A stretch of 64,000 nt of DNA, taken from the IMG/VR virus record IMGVR_UViG_3300027985_000918, positions 310,001 through 374,000 of that record; one strand, given 5' to 3'. The notes beneath the pieces are model-generated. The model was not told where the DNA came from, did no database searches, and was given only the letters and a program-made list of their open reading frames with translations. Position numbers and translations under genes: made by a program. Of the stretch, positions 25,204 to 34,607 are shown in pieces; the stretch's first letter is position 1; each line of letters starts with the position of its first letter.

Positions 25204-26469
25204 CTACTCCGGAATCACGTTCTCCCGGCGCATTTCCTGCCTGGCCTTGACGAGAGGAGGGACATCCCCCGAAACGAGAGGAGGGAGGTTGTCGATGGAG
25301 GCCCTCAACTCGGCCTCCAGTGCCACCAGTCGGGCCTTGGCTTCCCTCTCCTGGGCTTCATGGAGGCTGCGGGCGGTCTCCAGCTCCGCCTGGGCCTTTT
25401 GAATTCTCTCCCCGGTCTCATCGAGATCAGAAAGGGCGGCCTCCAGCTCTTCCCTACGACGGGCGAACTTATGACGGATCATCGCCTGTCGCTGCTCTTC
25501 CCGTCTGTTCTGGGTAGCCTCCAGACCTGGCCCCCACTCCTTGTTCAGGTAGTAGGACAGAACCTCGCCCTGGCCTCGAAGTCCCAGGTACTGAGCCTCC
25601 TTATCCAGGATGGGGAGGAACTTCTCATCAAGGAAGAACAGCCGGGCCGAGCCGGAGGGCATCACTTCATCGGGGACTGTTTCCGAGTCGAGCGCATGCC
25701 GGGGAGGCTTCCGAACCGGACGTCTGTCATCGAGCAGGGTGTCCAGATCCAGCTCTGTGACATCATCGTGACGTCCGATCCCCAAAGAATCCAGGGGTAC
25801 CCCGTCCACCACCACCACAGGAGGACTAGGGTCGGCTGTCGCCACGAGGGGCTTCTCCGTAGTGACCCCACTCCTTTCTTGGAGGGGAAGGGAGAGCTGA
25901 CGGTTCCGCACCCAAGACCTGCCGAAGCGCCTAACGGTGTTGGTTGCCACCACAAGCTGGGCCCCCGTCTTCGGGCAGCGGACCGAAAAACCATTGCGGA
26001 GATCCCGCAAAACATACTGAGCCTGGCTCTCACTGAAAGGCAGGGTGTACAGTTTGATAGGCTCCAACTCCCCGTAGTCCTCCACGTTGATGGCCGCCAG
26101 AGTGATCAGGGCATACCCCCTCCTCTTGGACTCCGGAGACATGAGGTACGGGAGCCAGCCATTCTCCCGGAGCCACCGGCCGAGCTTGAACGCTCTGTCC
26201 CCCAAAGAAAACAGGGGCTCCGCCCCGGAAGCGTCCACCCGCACCAAGCCGAACTCAACCAGACGCATGAGGTGCGCAAACACCCGGTTGTAATTTCCCG
26301 ACGCCCGGAACGACTTGCCCGTGACCTCCGAAACCCGCTGGCCTACCTTCGGCATGTCGATGACGTCGTCGGGGCCGTACTCGAAGCAGGCCCCCAAGGT
26401 CAGAATGGTGCTCCATGTTGTACTCTCGACATTTTTCTCAATCCCAAATTTTCTGAAGATGTCCACCAT
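25204..26469 (-). CDS. Hypothetical protein (wHTH-like N-terminus, coiled-coil C-terminus)
   Basis: 421-aa ORF with GGGAG RBS and a class-II promoter upstream. Confidence 0.65.
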   Translation of the reverse strand: MVDIFRKFGIEKNVESTTWSTILTLGACFEYGPDDVIDMPKVGQRVSEVTGKSFRASGNYNRVFAHLMRLVEFGLVRVDASGAEPLFSLGDRAFKLGRWLRENGWLPYLMSPESKRRGYALITLAAINVEDYGELEPIKLYTLPFSESQAQYVLRDLRNGFSVRCPKTGAQLVVATNTVRRFGRSWVRNRQLSLPLQERSGVTTEKPLVATADPSPPVVVVDGVPLDSLGIGRHDDVTELDLDTLLDDRRPVRKPPRHALDSETVPDEVMPSGSARLFFLDEKFLPILDKEAQYLGLRGQGEVLSYYLNKEWGPGLEATQNRREEQRQAMIRHKFARRREELEAALSDLDETGERIQKAQAELETARSLHEAQEREAKARLVALEAELRASIDNLPPLVSGDVPPLVKARQEMRRENVIPE

Positions 26470-26526
26470 GTTGCTCCCCCTGCTGGTATTCCTGGAGGGT
26501 CTACCCTTTCAGCTCTCCTACGGGGG

Positions 26527-26552
26527 CTACCGGAAGCCGAAAGTTCGTTACC
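26527..26552 (-). promoter_or_regulatory. Putative class-II promoter
   Basis: Minus strand GGTAAC-N16-GTAG. Confidence 0.6.
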
Positions 26553-26701
26553 CCCTAGGCCCCTCACCGCCTATAGGCTGATCCTGATACTCCGGCTATC
26601 CGTTGCGGGTAGAGGGAACGCCGGGGTCATCGGTTTCGATGTCAGGCAGCACCCCGCTTCTGGTGCTCACTGGCCTGCAAAACGACTTCCAGGGAGTCAC
26701 G

Positions 26702-28222
26702 ATGAAGAACTGGTGGGAAGAGTACGCTGACATGTACTCCGACAAAATCGTTCGGGGAAAAATGTCCAACCCCCGCATCGCCACAATGTCTGGGCTTCCC
26801 CTAACCCATGCTGTATCCTTGGCCAAATACTGCCGGAAGGGGACGATCCCCAATCTCGACCTGGATGATCCTCGGGGAGACCACGACTCCTTCGAGGATC
26901 GGCTCCCCCCCGGAAACGACAGCCCCCTCAACCCGGAAATGGATGTCGATATCTCCGAAAAAGAGGCGTCCCAGTACCTCCTAGATGCGGACTACGTCTA
27001 CAACAAGGAAGACGACAGCTACGTCACATTCCTCCCCGGCATCCCCCGCCCGCTGAATCTTCCGGGTGAGGTTCATCGGGAGATCGTCCGGGCCTACAGC
27101 AACTATGACGACCAGCCAGCGAGCATCAACCAGATTGCCCGGACTGTGGGCATCCCCCGGAGCTGGCTGGTCAAGTACCTAAGGGTCCACGGGATCACCC
27201 ACGACTCTGAACCCTTCACCCCCGAAGAGTTGATGGTCCGCTCAGACGATGAGTTGGTCGAAGACGCACTCCAGCTCCGCCGCATGGCGATCTACAAGAA
27301 GCTGGAGAAGGCCAAATGGGCCGACATCCGGCGGGACGCCCTCAAGTGGAGGGACTTGGAAGCCCACTTCATCCTCCCCCTCCAGGCAGCTCTCACCGGA
27401 CGGAAAAACCCTGAGCCTAAACCCCTCAGCCTGAAACAGCCAACCTCCCCCTTTGCGGGGGTCGTTGGTCTCACCGACTTCCACTGGGGCAAATACAGCG
27501 ATCCTGAAGAGAACTTCGAGGCGTTCGACAAGGTCATCGCCCGGGAGAGGCTGTTCGCCGCCACTGAGGACCTGATCTCCAGGCTCCAGGTATTCGGCAG
27601 GCCCGAGAGGCTGTTCATCCCCATCGGCTCCGACTTCCTCCACATTGACAACCTCAAAGGCACCACCACAGACGGAACCGCCCAGGACATGGATGGAACC
27701 CCCGCTGAGATGCTGGTGTCGGGTTGCCAACTCTTGGAGGAGTGGGTGCTCACCCTCACCCAGGTGGCTCCCGTGGAACTAGTCCTCATGAGCGGGAACC
27801 ACGACCGGCTCACAGGGCTCGCCATCCTCTTGTACCTGGAAGGGGCTCTCCGCAACAACCCCCTTGTCACCGTAAAGCTCGACAGGACACCCAGAGTCTA
27901 TCGGTCCTATGGCAAGAACCTTCTGGGATTCGTCCACGGGGACGGAGTCAAGAAAACCACTGACATGGCGGGGCACATGGCCCGGGAGGCATCCCGCTGG
28001 TGGCACTCGGCCCCACACAAGACGGTGTACTCAGGTCACCTACACCATGAGAGAACTGAGACAGACGTGGCTTTTGGTGTGACCCGGAGGCAGGCCCCCT
28101 CCCTAGCAGGGGGGGACCGCTGGCACGCCCTTAACGGCTACGTAGGGGCCCCCAAAGCCATGCCCCTGTACCTCCACGACAAGGAGAAAGGGTTGGTCAC
28201 CGTGCTCTACAGCCCCGCCTGA
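26702..28222 (+). CDS. Calcineurin-like metallophosphoesterase with N-terminal HTH
   Basis: TDFHWG, GSDFLH, SGNHD, VHGD, SGHLHHE; SINQIARTVGIPRSWL HTH. Confidence 0.88.
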   Translation: MKNWWEEYADMYSDKIVRGKMSNPRIATMSGLPLTHAVSLAKYCRKGTIPNLDLDDPRGDHDSFEDRLPPGNDSPLNPEMDVDISEKEASQYLLDADYVYNKEDDSYVTFLPGIPRPLNLPGEVHREIVRAYSNYDDQPASINQIARTVGIPRSWLVKYLRVHGITHDSEPFTPEELMVRSDDELVEDALQLRRMAIYKKLEKAKWADIRRDALKWRDLEAHFILPLQAALTGRKNPEPKPLSLKQPTSPFAGVVGLTDFHWGKYSDPEENFEAFDKVIARERLFAATEDLISRLQVFGRPERLFIPIGSDFLHIDNLKGTTTDGTAQDMDGTPAEMLVSGCQLLEEWVLTLTQVAPVELVLMSGNHDRLTGLAILLYLEGALRNNPLVTVKLDRTPRVYRSYGKNLLGFVHGDGVKKTTDMAGHMAREASRWWHSAPHKTVYSGHLHHERTETDVAFGVTRRQAPSLAGGDRWHALNGYVGAPKAMPLYLHDKEKGLVTVLYSPA

Positions 28223-28388
28223 TTAGTCGAGAACGACCAACTTCGGATCCGGCCTGAACCCCACCGTGATCTCCCACATCTCCCTGCGACCTCCATGCCC
28301 TTCGGGGAGCAGACTTTCGGAGGAACCCTCAGCTCATCCTCAGCATCCTTGTGGGCTGCATAGGCGGCCTGGATGGCCCCAAGCTCCT

Positions 28389-28802
28389 TCAGTAAGCCAC
28401 AACCCCTTTCTCTCGGGGACGTTTTTCGATGTCGGAGATCCAGAAGACATGCTCGTCGCCCCCAACCTCATCCAAAGGCAAGCAGATGATCTTCTCGTAG
28501 TACGGGAAAGGCGGGGCGTTTACGCCCCCGCACTCCCGATCCCACCACTCCTGGAAGTTGCTGCCGCTGCTGTGAACTTGTGCCGATTTGACTTCTTCAC
28601 AGTCCAAAAAGGCCTTCGCCTTCTCATACCCGGCGAGGGACTTGAACAGGAAATATGCGTTGTACCACCCCGGAGAGGGATACGGGCCATTGTCGCCGCC
28701 GCCACACGCATTGGAGTGGTACTGGGTGATTACCTGAACCTCCACCCCCTGATCCCGTATCCTTTGCGCCCAGCCCACGATCTTTTTCTTCGAGTAATTC
28801 AT
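28389..28802 (-). CDS. Hypothetical protein
   Basis: AAGGA RBS; 137 aa; lies downstream of the capsid terminator. Confidence 0.6.
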   Translation of the reverse strand: MNYSKKKIVGWAQRIRDQGVEVQVITQYHSNACGGGDNGPYPSPGWYNAYFLFKSLAGYEKAKAFLDCEEVKSAQVHSSGSNFQEWWDRECGGVNAPPFPYYEKIICLPLDEVGGDEHVFWISDIEKRPREKGVVAY

Positions 28803-28970
28803 GCTAGACTTCCTTAGACGGGAAGGCCGTCGTTGATGATCAATCCCCCCACTCTATTGTTTTCACAGGAGATCCTGTATCAGGGAATGCCCCAGAAGGC
28901 AACATCTTTTTTGACCCTTCCGAGCAAGCCTTTCAATCGGAAAAGGACGGGGGGCGGGTCTTGAAAACAC

Positions 28971-29005
28971 AAAAAAGCCTCCCCAGCCATGAGGCCGGGG
29001 AGGCT
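28971..29005 (-). terminator. Rho-independent terminator after the major capsid gene
   Basis: AGCCTCCCC...GGGGAGGCT stem followed by T6 on the minus strand. Confidence 0.85.
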
Positions 29006-29048
29006 CCTTGCAGGCCCCCTTTTCAGGGAACCTTAGTCAGGCCGCCGA

Positions 29049-29921
29049 TCAGCGGGTGACGGTCAGGCGGGCCAGGCCACGGGGGTTGTAGGCCCCGATG
29101 CCGAGGTTCTCAAACACAGAGAACCCGATGGTGCGGGCCTTGGGGTCGTCCGCCGAGAGGACGGTCAGCTCGGTACGGACCGGAATGCGACCGAAGTGCT
29201 CGGCTTCGCAGCACAGGTACACGGTCCCGACCGGAACGAGGCGGCTGACGACGATCTGGGCGCCGTAGATGACACCCATGAGACCCGTCTTCAGCAGGAC
29301 CGCCTGGGTTTCGATGTCCAGAATGTCCCGACCGAACTTACGGATGTCGGCATAGTCACGGGCATTCATGTACACCCGGGCCACACGGAGGTCCCAGCGT
29401 TCGATCAGGGCAAAGGCATCGGCCAGCACCGCACCGGAGATCGGAGCGATGACGGGGATGTCCGGGTTAAGCTGACCCGGCAGGCTGTCGAACCCGGCGG
29501 TGGCGATGGAGTCCATGATGGCGAAGACACGCTCGTCCTCGGCAGCCTGGACCTGCGCCCGAGCCAGATCCTGAGCACGCTCGATGAGATCGAAACGGCG
29601 CTCCTTGATCTGGGTGAGCGGGATCTCCGGGTTCGAGGCGATCTCGAACAGGGGGAAGATCACACGCCTGGGCTTCGTGATCGCCAGGATGTTCTGACCC
29701 TCTTCCCCTAGGACAAAGGCGGTGACATCCGGGTCCTTGTCGTAGATGGGGAGGGCCCCATCCGGAAGCTGTTCCACAAGGAACGTCTTGCGCCCGACGG
29801 CAGCGTAGTCACGCCGGGTGCGGAGGGGCGACGTCATGCTGGCGGCCAACTTCGCCCGTCCCATCGGGGTCTGGATCAGCTCGCCAATCAGACGCTGCTT
29901 AACTGCGTTGGTGATGGCCAT
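29049..29921 (-). CDS. Major capsid protein (HK97 fold, no delta domain)
   Basis: Position after protease, scaffold and decoration genes; PLRTRRDY...LPDGALPIYDKD...FEIASNPEI...AEDERVF...NPRG; strong RBS and terminator. Confidence 0.88.
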   Translation of the reverse strand: MAITNAVKQRLIGELIQTPMGRAKLAASMTSPLRTRRDYAAVGRKTFLVEQLPDGALPIYDKDPDVTAFVLGEEGQNILAITKPRRVIFPLFEIASNPEIPLTQIKERRFDLIERAQDLARAQVQAAEDERVFAIMDSIATAGFDSLPGQLNPDIPVIAPISGAVLADAFALIERWDLRVARVYMNARDYADIRKFGRDILDIETQAVLLKTGLMGVIYGAQIVVSRLVPVGTVYLCCEAEHFGRIPVRTELTVLSADDPKARTIGFSVFENLGIGAYNPRGLARLTVTR

Positions 29922-29947
29922 GGTAGTTCTCTCCTTCTCCCGTCGGG

Positions 29948-30643
29948 TCAGATACGCTGGTCATAGACCAGTTCGTTCTGGGTGGCGTCCGGGGCCATCT
30001 TCAGCAGGCCCACGAGAGTGGCGCTGGCGTTGGCGTTATGGACGAACGACTCGGCGGACATGGCGATCACGTCTGCGTTGTCACGGCCCCCATCCGTACC
30101 GATCACCTCGGTCGGCATGAGGAAACCGTTGCGGCTGCTCATGAGCCTCATCCCGGCGATGTAGGTGATAGCCGCACCGGCCGGGCTATTGACAGCGTCG
30201 GCAGAGTTGGCGATCAGAGCCGTCTCGAACAGACCGTTCCCGTGTGTTCCGTTGCTGGACACGTAGGTGTTCTTGCCGGAGGCGGTCCCGGGGGTGTTCT
30301 CGAAGGCGTTCCCGTTGGCCGAGTTGATGAACACGCCGAGCGCCCGGAAACCGATGGCCTGGGCGTTGGCGGCTGCAAGGGCGACCTGGACGGCGTTAGA
30401 GCCGGGGCCACCGATGAAGTTGGAGCCGCCGTCCGGACGGACGAAGGCGACGGAACCGGAGAGGACTCCGGTGAGGGTGGTGTCCACCTGATCCGAGACG
30501 TTGGTCGCCACGGCGGTGGGATTGGCCTGGGTGAACGCATCGGCCGTCAGGACGCCAATTGCGTTCCGCACACCAATGTGCAGGGGACGCAGCGCCGAAG
30601 ACGACTCGGTCCAACCACCGCTGGCCTGTCCGAGAAGGGGCAT
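29948..30643 (-). CDS. Capsid decoration/cement protein
   Basis: Immediately upstream of the MCP; LGVFIN...TASGKNTYV; small and beta-rich. Confidence 0.65.
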   Translation of the reverse strand: MPLLGQASGGWTESSSALRPLHIGVRNAIGVLTADAFTQANPTAVATNVSDQVDTTLTGVLSGSVAFVRPDGGSNFIGGPGSNAVQVALAAANAQAIGFRALGVFINSANGNAFENTPGTASGKNTYVSSNGTHGNGLFETALIANSADAVNSPAGAAITYIAGMRLMSSRNGFLMPTEVIGTDGGRDNADVIAMSAESFVHNANASATLVGLLKMAPDATQNELVYDQRI

Positions 30644-30714
30644 GATTTCCTCCGTTCTCCTTGTTTACAGGAGTTGGGTGATACAGAGCCGCCACCCACC
30701 TCGGATGGCAGCGC

Positions 30715-30747
30715 CTACTGATATGTGGGGTGCATAGGCACTCTATT
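30715..30747 (-). promoter_or_regulatory. Putative class-I (late) promoter for decoration + MCP
   Basis: AAT-AGAGTGCC-TAT-N12-TCAGTAG; the variant downstream element is shared with 35309-35338. Confidence 0.6.
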
Positions 30748-30761
30748 GAGCAACCCCCCAG

Positions 30762-30798
30762 AAAAAAGAAGGCCCGGCCGAGAAACGGCCGGGCCTTC
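30762..30798 (-). terminator. Rho-independent terminator after the scaffold gene
   Basis: Perfect 13-bp stem GAAGGCCCGGCCG-agaaa-CGGCCGGGCCTTC followed by T6 on the minus strand. Confidence 0.9.
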
Positions 30799-30834
30799 GA
30801 GGATTCCAAAAGGAGGTTGGAACCCCTTGGGAGA

Positions 30835-32361
30835 TCAGTCCTCGATCCCAAACGCCTTGTTCACGTTGGGGGCGGACTTCCACAAATCGGACAGGTTATC
30901 CACCCTGCTGGAGGCAGTACGAGTCTGGTGACCCAGGCTCGTCACCCCCGTGCTAGCACGGCGGGGCTGCGGGAGCAGATCCAGATCCTCGCTCGCCTGG
31001 TGGCCGGGAAGGCCAGACGAGAAAATCTCGTCCAACAGGGCTTCGTCTGCGGCGGAGAGATGGATGCCCTGACCTTTGCTCAGACCCATCGGGTCGTGGC
31101 CGGAAACGTCGAAGAGGCTGGCGGTCTTGCCGTCTTCGCCCTCGTCTTCGCCTTCGCCCTCGCCCTCGCCCTCGTCTTCGCCTTCGCCCTCGCCCTCGTC
31201 TTCGCCCTCGTCTTCATCCTCCATGGACTTCTTACCGGCCTTCTTGTCCTTCTCCCAGGGCTTCTCGTCCTTATCGTCGTCGTCCTTGTCGTCGTCCTTT
31301 TTCCAGTTCTTCTTGAAGGCCTCGGGAACCTCGCCCGCCAGGACCATCTCCCCGCAAGCGTTCAGCATCCCGACTTCACCCTCAGTGAAGTCTTCCGCCA
31401 TCGCCAACAGGTCCTCCGACGGATCGAACATGGAACCCATCATCTCGTCGCAGGCCACGATGCCGTCACGATCGGTGTCCAGAGCAGCGAACAGAGCCTT
31501 CGAGCCGGTCCAGTCGGCGCCGAGAACGAACCCATCCTCGCCACCGCCGTGCTGGGCGAAGTAGGTGGCGATGCGGTTCTTGAGACTGGCAAATTTCCGG
31601 GAACCCGACTTGGGCTCACCCTTGCCAGGGGCGTCCGCCTCGTCACGCTCCTCCTTCTCCTCCTCCTCGGACTCCGCCGGAGGGTCGTTCTGGTCGGCGC
31701 CCTTGAGCTGAGCCTTCAGGCTGCGAAGCTCCGCCGCCATGTGCTGCAGCATGCCCATGACGTCGTCTCCGGGACCCTCGAAATCGTCGGCATACATGCC
31801 ATCATCAATGTCCATCACACCCAGGTCGTCATCCATCATGCCCATGTCGTCGTCGAACATGTCGTCGTCGTCGTCGAACCCGCCGAGGAACATGTCATCA
31901 TCCATCGCCATGAACCCGCCGCCGAGGCGCTTGAGGCTCGACTCGATGAACTTGTCCGGCAAATCCATCATGTCGAGGGCCTGGGACTCTACCTTGTCCT
32001 GGGAGGCCGCCTTGCCGAGCTGGTGCCGGGCGAGGACGAGACACTTAGCCGCCTTACTCGTGATCTGAGCGGACAGAGCAGCATCCTTCGGGACCCGGGG
32101 GTTCCGCTTGTGGGCGGGATGATCCTGGTCCTCGGAGTCATAGCCCGGAACCGCCGGGGGGTTGCCCTCAGGGTAAGGAGGCCGGCGAACGTCCTCATTC
32201 CAGGATGACGTGTCCCCGTTCTCGTACTGGTGGACGCCCGGATCATCCTGCGAGTGTGCAGGGTGGTCCTGGTCTTCCTTGCCGTAGCCGGGGACTGCGG
32301 GAGGGGCAGACGCCTTGCGGCTCGCCTGACCCCACGTAGTGCGATTGCGCTTGAAGCTCAT
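30835..32361 (-). CDS. Acidic capsid scaffolding protein with an EF-hand
   Basis: Between protease and capsid genes; D/E-rich low complexity; duplicated PPAVPGYxxEDQDHPAH; EF loop DTDRDGIVACDE; many K/R-x-A-S sites. Confidence 0.7.
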   Translation of the reverse strand: MSFKRNRTTWGQASRKASAPPAVPGYGKEDQDHPAHSQDDPGVHQYENGDTSSWNEDVRRPPYPEGNPPAVPGYDSEDQDHPAHKRNPRVPKDAALSAQITSKAAKCLVLARHQLGKAASQDKVESQALDMMDLPDKFIESSLKRLGGGFMAMDDDMFLGGFDDDDDMFDDDMGMMDDDLGVMDIDDGMYADDFEGPGDDVMGMLQHMAAELRSLKAQLKGADQNDPPAESEEEEKEERDEADAPGKGEPKSGSRKFASLKNRIATYFAQHGGGEDGFVLGADWTGSKALFAALDTDRDGIVACDEMMGSMFDPSEDLLAMAEDFTEGEVGMLNACGEMVLAGEVPEAFKKNWKKDDDKDDDDKDEKPWEKDKKAGKKSMEDEDEGEDEGEGEGEDEGEGEGEGEDEGEDGKTASLFDVSGHDPMGLSKGQGIHLSAADEALLDEIFSSGLPGHQASEDLDLLPQPRRASTGVTSLGHQTRTASSRVDNLSDLWKSAPNVNKAFGIED

Positions 32362-32393
32362 CGTGGTTCTCCTGTGGCGTACTGCCAGGGTTC

Positions 32394-33944
32394 TCAGTGC
32401 TGTCCCCGGAGGGCCTGGCCCCTCCGAGACATGATGTTGCCGAGCCGCAGGAACACCCTGGCCTCAGCGGTACTGGGCTTGCGCCCAAGGGCGGAGGCAC
32501 AAGCCCCCAGGTAATCACGACCCGTACTGTACCCACTGGGGGCTCCCGCCCTCAGAACGGCCCGGTACAAGTTCCTATCGATCTCGATGCCAGCAGCCTT
32601 GTCCAGCGTTGCCACCCCCTCAATGAGAGCGATGTCCGAGCTGGCCGTCCTGGCCAATACCCGGATAGCAGCTTCGTGCTGGACGGTATCGTTGGGTGCC
32701 GTGGAGTCGTTGACCGCACGGGATGTGTCTTCCTCCCGCATCTGGTCCTTGATCTTCCGCTTCACCCGATCCTGCATGTACTGGGTGAGCTCTTCCTCGG
32801 TCTCCTGGAGGGGAGACCCAGACTGAGCCGGGGCAACAGCGCCACCCTCACCTTCGTCCTCACCCACCTCGTCGCCCTCATCCTCCCATCCGGCAATGAA
32901 ACTGTCTCTCCCCACCGCAAGAACATCCGAGTCCGTCAGAGGACCAGATGTGACCCTTCCCACCACACGAGCGTCCTGGTGGAAACGATCCTCCAAGATG
33001 CTAATGTCCGTGGCGGAACGCCCCATTGTGGCAGCACGCTGCATCTGGTTGGCATCCCACTCCGGGGGCGGGGAGTTGAGAACCTTGGCAGCCCTGTCGA
33101 GCATAACCTGGGTAGGTTCCAACACGTTCCGCAGGACTGCTCCCGTGAACGCTGGAGTTTCCACCCAACTTGCCTCGATGAACCGCACACCGCCAGTGGG
33201 ATCGATGCTATCGTGCCCACACAACTCCGCCACACGGTGCTGGCGGCCCAACTCGTCATAGAACACGGTGCCCTTGGCATACTTGATATGGGCACACATC
33301 TCAGTTTCGTCGGCAGCCCAGTGTCCACACTTGGTACAAATCGTGCCATCCACCGTACAGCCCATGGACATAGTGCCCATCTTTCCGGACTCAATGGCCT
33401 TAACCAGCTCAGTGTGCTTGCGGTCCGTGGCAACGAGGATGTCAATGTAAATGCTATCCCCGATATCACGGGCCACGGCGTCGATGATCCGACCCCGGGA
33501 CTGTGATTCGATCTGAACGTGCTCAACGAAGTTGTGCCCGCCCACAAACGTCTCGAACGCCTTGAGCAAAACCGGGCGGCTCCAGGCATCGAGGTTGTTG
33601 TTGATGAACTTGTCGCAGACCGGCTTTACCCGGTAATCCCCATACCTGCGGTTCACTCGGAACCCATCCTCCATCTGGTGGCCGAGCTTAACCCCCTGGG
33701 GGGACTCGACATCGACCGACGCCACAATGGTGGCATGGGTCAGGAGGAAATTCTTGGGGTTGAACGGCTTACCCAAGAGTTGAGTGGCCCGTTCCACCAG
33801 GTTGCTGGCCATGGCGACCTTGGTGGGCCTGAAATCCTTGGCGATCTTCCCGCTCTGCCTTGCAGCAGCTCGGACATTGCCCCACTGCTTCCGCCCAATT
33901 GACGGATTGGCGATTGTGGCATAGGCGTACTTCATCATCGGCAT
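32394..33944 (-). CDS. Prohead (capsid maturation) serine protease with Zn-finger insert
   Basis: NNNLDAW, NFVEH, GRIID, TMSMGC, CTKCG...CAH, EASWVETPAF; canonical gene position. Confidence 0.8.
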   Translation of the reverse strand: MPMMKYAYATIANPSIGRKQWGNVRAAARQSGKIAKDFRPTKVAMASNLVERATQLLGKPFNPKNFLLTHATIVASVDVESPQGVKLGHQMEDGFRVNRRYGDYRVKPVCDKFINNNLDAWSRPVLLKAFETFVGGHNFVEHVQIESQSRGRIIDAVARDIGDSIYIDILVATDRKHTELVKAIESGKMGTMSMGCTVDGTICTKCGHWAADETEMCAHIKYAKGTVFYDELGRQHRVAELCGHDSIDPTGGVRFIEASWVETPAFTGAVLRNVLEPTQVMLDRAAKVLNSPPPEWDANQMQRAATMGRSATDISILEDRFHQDARVVGRVTSGPLTDSDVLAVGRDSFIAGWEDEGDEVGEDEGEGGAVAPAQSGSPLQETEEELTQYMQDRVKRKIKDQMREEDTSRAVNDSTAPNDTVQHEAAIRVLARTASSDIALIEGVATLDKAAGIEIDRNLYRAVLRAGAPSGYSTGRDYLGACASALGRKPSTAEARVFLRLGNIMSRRGQALRGQH

Positions 33945-33947
33945 GGA

Positions 33948-34583
33948 TCAGCCCTCCATCATGCGCTGGCGGGCCAACCGGATACTGGCGAACGGCTTAG
34001 AGGCTGCCTCTGCCTCAGCCACATCGTCGATGTACTCCGGGTGACCGATGATGTCACACTCCTTGACCAAGAACAGGCACTCCGGGCACCCAAGCAGCCG
34101 CTCGCTCACCCCCCCCTGCCTCTTGTAGGAGGCGGGGCGGAGGATGGCTTCCTTGCACTTTGGGCAGTTGAAATTGCCTGCATCAATCTCCGTCTGGGTT
34201 GCCTTGTAGTGGCGATCCTTGGCGGCCCAGTAGAGGGACTTCTTGACGAACGCCTGGGCAACCCGGGCGGCGCTCTCAGGGGTGAGACTGGCGGCCTTGG
34301 GGCCGCCGGGGACGCTGACCGTCCCGGCACCCCCGGGCACGTTATCATGCTCGGGGTCTGCGGGGATCACGTCCTTCTGCTCATACCGCTGAAGCTCTTC
34401 GACTGGTTTGCGCTCGGACCCGTGAGGCCACTCCACATCCACCATGCCAATGGCGGGATAGACCGTCGTGACACGGCCGATTAGGTCATGGTTGCCGCTC
34501 AGGAATGGGTATACCCGGTCACCAACCTCAAACTCCAAAGCCCGCTGTTGGTAATCCACATATGCAGAGCGGTCGTTACTCAC
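33948..34583 (-). CDS. Hypothetical virion protein (SH3-like plus zinc ribbon)
   Basis: FEVGDRV...GRV...VDVEW; CPKC...CPEC; RVAQAF tag between the two domains. Confidence 0.7.
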   Translation of the reverse strand: MSNDRSAYVDYQQRALEFEVGDRVYPFLSGNHDLIGRVTTVYPAIGMVDVEWPHGSERKPVEELQRYEQKDVIPADPEHDNVPGGAGTVSVPGGPKAASLTPESAARVAQAFVKKSLYWAAKDRHYKATQTEIDAGNFNCPKCKEAILRPASYKRQGGVSERLLGCPECLFLVKECDIIGHPEYIDDVAEAEAASKPFASIRLARQRMMEG

Positions 34584-34607
34584 GATGACCTCTCCCGGAT
34601 TCTCTGA

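Noticed and set aside
26555-26615. Partial class-I motifs on both strands near 26570 and 26590
   Set aside because: Each lacks either the invariant upstream T or the correctly spaced downstream element, so they were not counted.
28870-28905. Sigma70-like promoter TTGCCT-N17-TACAGG upstream of 28389..28802
   Set aside because: The -10 element lacks the conserved final T and it is a single weak instance.
31130-31220. TCGCCC/TCGTCT short tandem repeats (also 4885-4917, 31800-31910, 34635-34740)
   Set aside because: Explained by low-complexity coding (EDEGEG, DPE, MDDD, EDEDDEKDAGKKA); not regulatory arrays.
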